A stretch of DNA of 64,000 nt, taken from assembly GCA_963822965.1 (NCBI GenBank), contig CAWGJT010000005.1, forward strand, positions 960,001 through 1,024,000. Direction: 5' to 3'. This document shows, piece after piece, positions 37,461 to 44,544 of the stretch. Below the pieces are notes generated by a model that worked only from the letters and a program-made list of their open reading frames with translations, was not told where the DNA came from and made no database searches. Numbering within the stretch: position 1 is the first letter of the stretch; the number at the start of each line of letters is the position of its first letter. The position numbers and the translations under genes are program-made. The DNA is from an uncultured delta proteobacterium. Lineage in GTDB: Bacteria; Myxococcota_A; UBA9160; UBA4427.

Positions 37461-38711
37461 ATGCTGACGCCCCCGACCCTGCCCCTTCCCGTCCGCGCCT
37501 ACAACGGAGCCCGCCGCCTGGCGAGCCGCATCGGGCTGCCGATGCCGTCCCTCGACGCCGACGCCCTGATGGAAGCGGCGTGCAGGAAGACGGGGCTCCG
37601 GGACTTCGGCCCCGACACCTTCCGCGAGCCGCTGTCGCGCCTCGTCGCTTCGCTGAACCAGGAGTCGGGCCTCCACGCCGTGGGCTTCACGATCGCGCGC
37701 ACGGTGGTCTCGAACGCCCTCGAGAACCGCCTGCGCGTATACGACTGCATCGCGCGGGAGCCCACCATCACCCAGGGCGCCGTACGGCGCCCCGTCTTCA
37801 TCATCGGGATGCCGCGCACGGGCACCAGCATCCTGCACGAGCTGATCGGCCAGGACCCCACGGTCCGGGTGCCCCAGACCTGGGAGGTGGACCGCCCGGT
37901 CCCGCCCCCGGAGAAGCAGAGCTACGAGACCGATCCCCGCATCGCCGAGTGCGACCGCGAGCTGGCCCAGACCGACCGGCTCATCCCGGCCTTCCGGCGC
38001 ATGCACCGCATGGCCGCGCGTCTCCCCCAGGAAGACGTGGGCATGATGGCCCTCGAGTTCACGAGCATGATCTTCGAGGCCTCGTTCCGACTGCCGAGCT
38101 ACACCGCCTGGCTCCACGGCGGCGGTGGCGACATGGCGCCCGCCTACGCGCTGCACCGGCGCTTCCTGCAGCTGCTGCAGTGGCGTTGTCCGGCGGACCG
38201 CTGGGTGCTGAAGACGCCGGCCCACCTGTGGGATCTGGACACCCTGCTGGCCGAGTATCCCGACGCGTGCCTGGTCCAGACCCACCGCGATCCGCTGCAG
38301 ATCCTGTCCTCGCTCACGAGCCTCGAGACCACCCTGCGCGCGATGGCGAGCGACGACATCCATCCCGACGAGATCGCGCGCGAGTGGTCCGCCCTGAACA
38401 TCCAGGCGTACGACGCGTCGATCGACGCCCGGGAGCGCGGCGTCGTGAAGCCCGACCAGGTGATCGACATCCACTTCGCGGAGTTCATGGACGACCCGTT
38501 CGCGGCCATCCGACGCATCTACGAGAAGTTCGACATCCCGTACACCCCGGAAGCGGACACGCGCATGCGCGCCTACCTCGCCGAGCACTCGACGGACGAG
38601 CACGGCAAGCACACCCACCGCTTCGCCGACACGGGCCTCGACGTGGCCGACGAGCGCGAGCGCGTGAAGCGCTACCAGGAGTACTTCGACATCCCGTCCG
38701 AGGTGCGCTGA
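37461..38711 (+). CDS. Sulfotransferase family protein
   Basis: PAPS-binding motif FIIGMPRTGTSILHEL, WVLKTPAH, QTHRDP. Confidence 0.9.
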   Translation: MLTPPTLPLPVRAYNGARRLASRIGLPMPSLDADALMEAACRKTGLRDFGPDTFREPLSRLVASLNQESGLHAVGFTIARTVVSNALENRLRVYDCIAREPTITQGAVRRPVFIIGMPRTGTSILHELIGQDPTVRVPQTWEVDRPVPPPEKQSYETDPRIAECDRELAQTDRLIPAFRRMHRMAARLPQEDVGMMALEFTSMIFEASFRLPSYTAWLHGGGGDMAPAYALHRRFLQLLQWRCPADRWVLKTPAHLWDLDTLLAEYPDACLVQTHRDPLQILSSLTSLETTLRAMASDDIHPDEIAREWSALNIQAYDASIDARERGVVKPDQVIDIHFAEFMDDPFAAIRRIYEKFDIPYTPEADTRMRAYLAEHSTDEHGKHTHRFADTGLDVADERERVKRYQEYFDIPSEVR

Positions 38712-38962
38712 CCCATCGAGGGGGAGTGGTATGGGTGGAGCTGGTGGAGCCGGGGGCTCCGGATTCGGCCGAACCTACTCGTACTCGCACTCCCCGGCTT
38801 CATGATTCCACCGACCGCCAGCGTCGAGACACCGATCAACATCGAGGCACCCTTTCAGCCAGATGCCCACTGCGGCGAGCGCAACGGTGGCGGCTACGAC
38901 AATCCATCTTCGATTCACGTGGCGGGTGCTCGACGGGGGCACGGGGAGGATGGGGCGCTGGC

Positions 38963-39262
38963 TCAGCTCGCTTCCTTGAGCGTGACCGAAAGCCGGAACC
39001 CGAGAGCATCGAGCAACGCTTCGAGACTGCGCAGCTCAGGATTTCCGTTCTTCGAGAGCATCCGGTACAGGTGCTCGCGGTTCAGCTCGGTCGCTTCGGC
39101 GAGCTTCGCCACTCCACCTCGGGCGCGGGCCACATCCCGCAGTGCCAGGAGAAAGACCTCGGGGTCACCGTCTTCGAGGCAGGCATTGAGATAGCCGACC
39201 GCCTCAGTGGGGTCCTGTAGGTCCTCGTCCAGCACGTCTTCGTAGCGTCGGGACTTACTCAT
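38963..39262 (-). CDS. Addiction-module antidote (HI1420-like HTH antitoxin)
   Basis: YLNACLEDGDP..FLLALRDVARARGGVAKLAE.T.LNREHLYRMLS..GNP.L.SL..LLDALG.RL; overlaps the toxin stop. Confidence 0.9.
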   Translation of the reverse strand: MSKSRRYEDVLDEDLQDPTEAVGYLNACLEDGDPEVFLLALRDVARARGGVAKLAEATELNREHLYRMLSKNGNPELRSLEALLDALGFRLSVTLKEAS

Positions 39263-39590
39263 GGGATCGACTCCTGTAGTCGCGCCAGTATTGCTGCGCG
39301 CGTTCGATGTCGCGAGTCTGAGAGCCTTTGTCGCCTCCACACAGCAGGATCACCACCGTGTCCCCGTCTCGACCGAAGTAGATCCGGTAGCCGGGCCCGG
39401 CGTGGATACGCAGCTCATGGACGCCATCGCCCACGCTGCGGGCATCGCCGAAGTTGCCGAGGCGGACCCGGACAATGCGCTGTCGAACCCGGTTCCGGCC
39501 TGCTCCATCTCGAAGTCCACGGAGCCACTCTGTGAACGGCTCGCTGCCGTTCGAGCGGGCATAGACCCGCACCTCCTGCTCGGTCGGCAT
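39255..39590 (-). CDS. Addiction-module killer (HI1419-like RelE/ParE/HigB superfamily toxin)
   Basis: PFTEWL.GLRD, R..LGNFGD.RSVGDGVHELRIH.GPGYRIYF, ILLCGGDKGSQ.RDI.RA. Confidence 0.92.
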   Translation of the reverse strand: MPTEQEVRVYARSNGSEPFTEWLRGLRDGAGRNRVRQRIVRVRLGNFGDARSVGDGVHELRIHAGPGYRIYFGRDGDTVVILLCGGDKGSQTRDIERAQQYWRDYRSRSHE

Positions 39591-39596
39591 GCCGGA

Positions 39597-39624
39597 ACTG
39601 TAGCTTAAGAGCTACACACGTCAA
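39597..39624 (-). promoter_or_regulatory. sigma70-type promoter of the TA operon with overlapping palindromic operator
   Basis: Minus strand TTGACG-N16-TACAGT-N6-ATG; palindrome TGTAGCT-TAAG-AGCTACA at 39599-39616. Confidence 0.75.
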
Positions 39625-39649
39625 CTTGCGTCGGGGCCCTCTGCCAGAC

Positions 39650-40825
39650 TCCTCTCCGCATAGCGCTGGGCCGCCACTTCGTCCCCGCGACGACCCGGGG
39701 CCTTGGAAGATCGGCCCGCCGAAGTTGTTCAGACCGAGAGGGTCCAGCCGCGACGTGGGGTTGTTCGCGGCGTACCGGTAGACATCGACCCCACCCACCT
39801 ACCCAATCGGATCCGCCGAGATGTACCGCCCCACACCCGGGTCGTAGTACCGGAACCGGTTGTAGTGAAGCCCCGTCTCCGCGTCGTAGTATTGGCCGGG
39901 GAAGCGGATGTTGAAGTCCTCGAGCATCCGGAGGAGGGCCGACAAGGCGTTCCGGCCCTGAAGATCTGCGAGCATCTCGTTCAAGATGCACTCCGTCTCC
40001 GCCTCGTTGAAGTCGTAGAGCCCGAGCGGGTCAAAGAATCAAAGCGGATTGTCAGCGGCGTAGACGTACGAGTTCAGGAGCCTGCTCCCGAACTGCCCGA
40101 TCGGGTCCGCCGAGATGTACCGCCCGATGCTGGGGTCGTAGTACCGGAACCTGTTGTGGTGCAGCCCCGTCTCCGCATCGCAACACCGCCCGGCGGCGTC
40201 GAGCTTGTGGGGCGTGGCAGGCCCATCGGGTAGGTGGCGTTCTTCAGCCGGGCGGCCCCGTCGTAGTCGTAGACGTAGCTGCCGGCCAGCGACCCCCCGA
40301 TCGACTCCTCGATCGTTTTGACCGCGTCAGTCGCGTCATAGCTCGTGTAGTCCAGCAGGTGCAGCGATGAGCCGCCCGCGCTGACGTCGATGCTCGAGAC
40401 CGGTCCCTGCGGCTTGTAGCCGTAGGTGGAGGTCACCGCGTTGCCGTGGTCGATCGTATGGAGCTGGTCGTTGTCGTAGTACGTGAACTGCGGCGCCGGG
40501 CCCCCGAGGGTTGCGCTCGTGAGCCGGTCGCGGAAGCCGTAGGTCCACGAGTGTGGGATCGATACGCCGCCCTCGTGGAAGTCGAGCGTGTTCCGGTTGC
40601 CGAAGCGGTCGTAGCCCGGGTCGAGGACCACTGAGACCGGAAGATACTGCAGGGTCACCGTGTCCACGCGGCCCACGGCATCCCAGGTAGAGGTCTAAAG
40701 CGGTCCCGTCTGCGTGTCGGAGACCGTGTCGACGTTCCCATTGTCGTAGCAGTAGCTGACCGCGTACGCCGCGCCCAGGGGAGGAGTGACCGTCTCGAGC
40801 CGCGACAGCGGATCGCACTGGTGGC
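39650..40825 (-). pseudogene. Rhs/YD-repeat protein relic with two tandem Rhs core C-termini
   Basis: YD repeats (YDRFGNR, YDGAARL) and two copies of [25 protein letters not shown]...Y.YA..NP....DPLGL; in-frame stops at 40695-97, 40039-41 and 39799-801. Confidence 0.85.
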
Positions 40826-40901
40826 GGACCGGACCGTGCGGGCTCGGTCGCTTCCGCAGTGGCACTGCGACCGGGGTCGAATCGCGGAGGGCCCGGCTTC
40901 G

Positions 40902-41588
40902 CTATCCGAGGAAGTACTCCGACATGGGCGTCGACTCGAGCACGCTCAGGTCGAGGAAGGCCGTCACGCTGTCCATCATGCGCCGGAGCCTCGCCTTGTA
41001 CTCCTCCTCCGTCGTGCAGGCGTACCAGGCGTGGGGGTCGGTGAGCGCCTCGATGGGGAAGCTCTCCTCGACGATGCCGTCCCAGTCGTGGCCCTCGGCG
41101 GTGAGACGCCGCACCACCGCGTTGCGCACGTAGGCGAAGGTGGACTGGGTCTCGACCGCCACCTTGCGGTGCTCGACGTTCCAGCGCCAGACGAACTCCT
41201 CGTCCGAGAGGCCGGGCTTCCGGGCGATGCAGGTGACCAGGTTGGCGCCGGGCGCGCGCCGGCCGACCGGCGGCTCGTGGACCAGGGGCCGGGACTCGCA
41301 CACCAGATAGCCCGAGAGCCCGGTCGCGTACGCGGCGAGCGCCTCCTCGCAGGGTGCCCGGTCGTCGGCGTTCTGCATCCAGAACGACACCATGGCGCGA
41401 ATCGGCGGCTGCGAGCGGCGGATCGCCACGCCGCCTCCCTGGGCGACGTGCTCGTCCTCGACGTCGACGCTGATCTGCGACGCCCCGGCGGCCCGCAGGA
41501 CCGGCGCCGCCTTCTCGACGAGGGCCGTGCGCAGGTCGGCGCCGGGAGCCTCCCCGTCGTGGGTGAGCAGGTAGGCGAGCTTCTCCAT
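40902..41588 (-). CDS. EthD domain-containing protein
   Basis: RKPGLSDEEF..RW..EH, YVRNAVVR, WDGIVEESF. Confidence 0.8.
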   Translation of the reverse strand: MEKLAYLLTHDGEAPGADLRTALVEKAAPVLRAAGASQISVDVEDEHVAQGGGVAIRRSQPPIRAMVSFWMQNADDRAPCEEALAAYATGLSGYLVCESRPLVHEPPVGRRAPGANLVTCIARKPGLSDEEFVWRWNVEHRKVAVETQSTFAYVRNAVVRRLTAEGHDWDGIVEESFPIEALTDPHAWYACTTEEEYKARLRRMMDSVTAFLDLSVLESTPMSEYFLG

Positions 41589-41740
41589 CGGACACACCTC
41601 CGGTCGCAAAAAACCTGCGGCTCCGCTTGCGCCGCAAGCCGACCCGTCCGGGTCGGTCGTGAAGGCTACCAGCTCGGCCGAGGCGGAGCCGGCGACCTTC
41701 AGGCCCTCAAGCCCCGCTCGGCGCCGGCCGATGCCGGGGC

Positions 41741-42013
41741 ATGTCCGTGGAAGTGCTCGCAGCCGTCGTGGGGGTCGTGGCGGTGGTGCTGTTCCTCCGG
41801 CGCCGCCGGGACGAGACCGTCGTCATGCCGGGGGCGGGCTCCCAGGCCTCGTCCTCGACGGACGCCGCGGCCGGGGGCGACCCGATCGAGCGCGCCATCC
41901 TGCGCGGCCGCAAGATCGAGGCCATCAAGCACTATCGCGAGCAGCACGCCGTGGGGCTGCGCGAAGCGAAGGAGACCGTCGAGGAGATCGAGCGACGCCT
42001 CCGGCAGCGCTGA
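41741..42013 (+). CDS. Small membrane-anchored protein with a ribosomal L7/L12 C-terminal-like domain
   Basis: N-terminal TM helix followed by RRRR and a linker, then GRKIEAIKHYREQHAVGLREAKETVE. Confidence 0.7.
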   Translation: MSVEVLAAVVGVVAVVLFLRRRRDETVVMPGAGSQASSSTDAAAGGDPIERAILRGRKIEAIKHYREQHAVGLREAKETVEEIERRLRQR

Positions 42014-42034
42014 GCCTCCGGCCGGAGACCTCGC

Positions 42035-43543
42035 TCAGCCCGGCGGCGCGGCCCCGGGACTCGCGGTCTTCGCCGGCCCAGGCGGCCCAGGCGCTTCGGG
42101 CGGCGTCGCGGGCTTCGGTGCCTTCGGGACGTACGGCTTCTCCACCGCGATCTTGACGCGCTCTCCGCCCTCGTAGACGTGGTCGTAGAACACCCCGTTG
42201 TAGAGCGCGGCGACCTGCACGTCCCAGCTGCTGCCCGTGCGCTTGCCCACCGCCTCGAGGCTCTCGCCGGACCGGGCCTGCACGAAGTCGAGGTTCGTCT
42301 GGACGAACGAAGCCAGCTCCTCGGCGGTGAGCGGCCGGAAGCTGCGGGTGGTGACCAGGGTGCGACCGAGGAAATCCTCGGCCTGGCTGGCGCGGGCCAT
42401 GCCGGTGATGCGCCAGGTGGCCTCGCGGTAGGGGATGAAGGTGACGAGCGAGGCGATGCGACCGCCGGACACGCTCGCCTCCACCTTCATCCGCCAGGAG
42501 TCGATGTCGCCGATCTTCACCGGGCGCGAGTCCTCGACCGAGACGGACGACGTCTCGCGGGTCTTGGCCACCCACTCCTCGGCCACCTGCTTGGCCGGGC
42601 CGAGGGGTGCGTCCGCGCTCAGGAACACGATGGCCTGGCCCCGGGGCTCCTGGGCGCCGACGGCGGCGTTCGAGTTGGCGGTGTACCAGCCGTGGGGGAA
42701 GCGGATGTAGAAGTCGAGATCCGGGTGCAGGAACTCGTCGCCCCGGAAGACGCCGGCCTCGGGCCGTTGCCCCAGCGGCAGCCCTTCGAGCTTCGCGACG
42801 ACCGACTTGCGGGTGTCGCCCAGCAGCGGATCGCGCTTCCAGCGGATCTCGCTGGCGCGCACCGCGTCGGCGGCCGCGCGCTCGGTGGAGCCCGGATGCG
42901 TGTCGAGGAAGCTCGGGTTGCGCGAGTAGCCCACCTGGTAGCGCTCCAGCTGGCCCAGGTTCGACAGGAAGGTGGACATGCCCATCGGGTCGTAGCCGGC
43001 GGCCGCGCACAGGATCTGGCCGCCCTCGTCGGCGTCGCGCTCCATGTCCCGCCCGTAGGCCGCCATCCGGGCCGCCTTGATCCACGGCATGGTGAGCCCA
43101 CGACTCGCCAGGCCCTGCTGGGCGGCCGCGTGGCGGTGGTTCACGTGGGTGATCTCGTGGCCGATCACGCAGGCGAGCTCGTCCTCGGTGTTGACGAGGG
43201 CCAGCAGCCCGCGCGTCACGAAGACGTAGCCCCCCGGCAGCGCGAAGGCGTTGGGCTCCTCCTGGTCCACCACGGCGAAGTGGTACTGGAACGAGCGTCG
43301 CGCCAGGCCGCGCAGCAGCTTGAGTCCGATCTCCGTCACGTAGGCGTTGAGCGCGGGATCGTCGAGGATCCCCACCTGGGACTCGACGTCGCTGGCGGCC
43401 TCCTGGCCGACGCGCGCGTCGTCGTACTCGGTCATCAGGACCGTGCGCTTCTTCTTCTTGGGCGTGCTCGCGCAGCCGGACAGCGCGAACGCGAACGCGC
43501 AGAAGAGGACCAGCAGGGCGGCCGTGCATCGGCGAAGGGACAT
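42035..43543 (-). CDS. M48 family metalloprotease lipoprotein
   Basis: Lipobox LSGC, PNAFALPGGYVFVTRGLL, GHEITH, ERDAD, FLDTHP. Confidence 0.9.
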   Translation of the reverse strand: MSLRRCTAALLVLFCAFAFALSGCASTPKKKKRTVLMTEYDDARVGQEAASDVESQVGILDDPALNAYVTEIGLKLLRGLARRSFQYHFAVVDQEEPNAFALPGGYVFVTRGLLALVNTEDELACVIGHEITHVNHRHAAAQQGLASRGLTMPWIKAARMAAYGRDMERDADEGGQILCAAAGYDPMGMSTFLSNLGQLERYQVGYSRNPSFLDTHPGSTERAAADAVRASEIRWKRDPLLGDTRKSVVAKLEGLPLGQRPEAGVFRGDEFLHPDLDFYIRFPHGWYTANSNAAVGAQEPRGQAIVFLSADAPLGPAKQVAEEWVAKTRETSSVSVEDSRPVKIGDIDSWRMKVEASVSGGRIASLVTFIPYREATWRITGMARASQAEDFLGRTLVTTRSFRPLTAEELASFVQTNLDFVQARSGESLEAVGKRTGSSWDVQVAALYNGVFYDHVYEGGERVKIAVEKPYVPKAPKPATPPEAPGPPGPAKTASPGAAPPG

Positions 43544-43552
43544 CGGCTCGGC

Positions 43553-44407
43553 TCAGGGCAGCTCGGAGAGCCACTCGCCGCTGGAGAGCCACTTGGCCTT
43601 GAGCTGCGCCAGCAGCCCCGTGTCCTCCAGCGTGTTCAGATAGTTCATGACGATGTTGTGCAGCAGCGGGGCATCCGGGGGAAGCGCAATTCCGAGGGGC
43701 TCCACGGTGAACGGCGTGCGGATCGCCATCAGCCCCGCCTCCGGATGCTGCCAGGTGGACAGGATGCAGATCTGGAAGTCCGCGACGAGGCCGTCCACCT
43801 TGTCGTCCATCACCATCTTCACGGCCTCTTCGTAGTTCGGCGTGGTCACCAGGGTGGACTGGGGCAGCACGTCGCGCACGAAGGCCGCGCTGGTCGACGA
43901 GTCCAGCGCGGCGAAGCGCCGCCCGGGTCGGTCGAGGTTCTCGGGGTTCTGCTCGCGCGCGATCTCCTCGGACTTCGTCAGCACGGACGTGCCGCTGATG
44001 AAGTACGGCCCGACGAACGCCACCCGGACGTTGCGCTCGGGCGTCATCGTCATGCCCGAGATCACCACGTCCACCTTGCCCGCCTCGAGAGCGGGGATCA
44101 GGTCGGCGAAGGGGGTCTCGACCAGCTTCACCTCGAGGCCCATGGCGTGGGCCAGGGCGGAGATGAGATCGACCTCGAGGCCGATGATCTCCCCCGACTT
44201 GTTCTTCATGTTGAGGGGCGGCAGGTCGCCCGAGATGCCCACCCGCAGCTCGCCCCGGGCGAGGATCGCGGCGAGGGGGCCCTGCCGGGGCGGCGGCGGC
44301 TCCTTGCGGCTCATGCCGGGGAAGGACTGGCAGCCGGCGACGGCCGGGAGCAGCGACGCGACGGCGAGAATCGGAACCAGGCGCCGGAGGAGGAGAGGAC
44401 GGGCCAA
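43553..44407 (-). CDS. Amino-acid ABC-type substrate-binding lipoprotein (orphan)
   Basis: Lipobox VAGC, RGELRVG, GLEVDL, LIPALEAGKVDVVISGMTMTPER..V.F..PY. TTG start inferred. Confidence 0.85.
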   Translation of the reverse strand: MARPLLLRRLVPILAVASLLPAVAGCQSFPGMSRKEPPPPRQGPLAAILARGELRVGISGDLPPLNMKNKSGEIIGLEVDLISALAHAMGLEVKLVETPFADLIPALEAGKVDVVISGMTMTPERNVRVAFVGPYFISGTSVLTKSEEIAREQNPENLDRPGRRFAALDSSTSAAFVRDVLPQSTLVTTPNYEEAVKMVMDDKVDGLVADFQICILSTWQHPEAGLMAIRTPFTVEPLGIALPPDAPLLHNIVMNYLNTLEDTGLLAQLKAKWLSSGEWLSELP

Positions 44408-44544
44408 GGCGTTCCCTTTCGTGCGGCCCTCCGCTTCGGAGGGCGGCTTGCGGGTGGAAGGAGCCGGTCGGCGGCCGCACCGGCCGCCCGGGGTTCTAGC
44501 AGCGGCACCATCGAGGCGCCAAGCGGGGCGAGCCGCACACGCCG

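Noticed and set aside
38721..38820. Possible tRNA, tRNA-Sec/allo-tRNA or group II intron domain V/VI
   Set aside because: An 8-bp acceptor-like stem exists, but no T-arm or anticodon arm can be built on either strand. The intron resemblance is only a few bases.
38802..39194. 130-aa + strand ORF beside the TA module
   Set aside because: Mostly antisense to the antitoxin, with no RBS or recognisable motif.
39799..40697. Stop-codon recoding (Sec/Pyl or suppression) in the Rhs frame
   Set aside because: The stops are mixed TAG and TGA, come with deletions and a frame change, and intact genes here use both as terminators. Pseudogene decay is simpler.
41741..42013. Genuine ribosomal protein gene rplL
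   Set aside because: It has a TM helix instead of the bL12 N-terminal domain and is not next to rplJ/rpoB.
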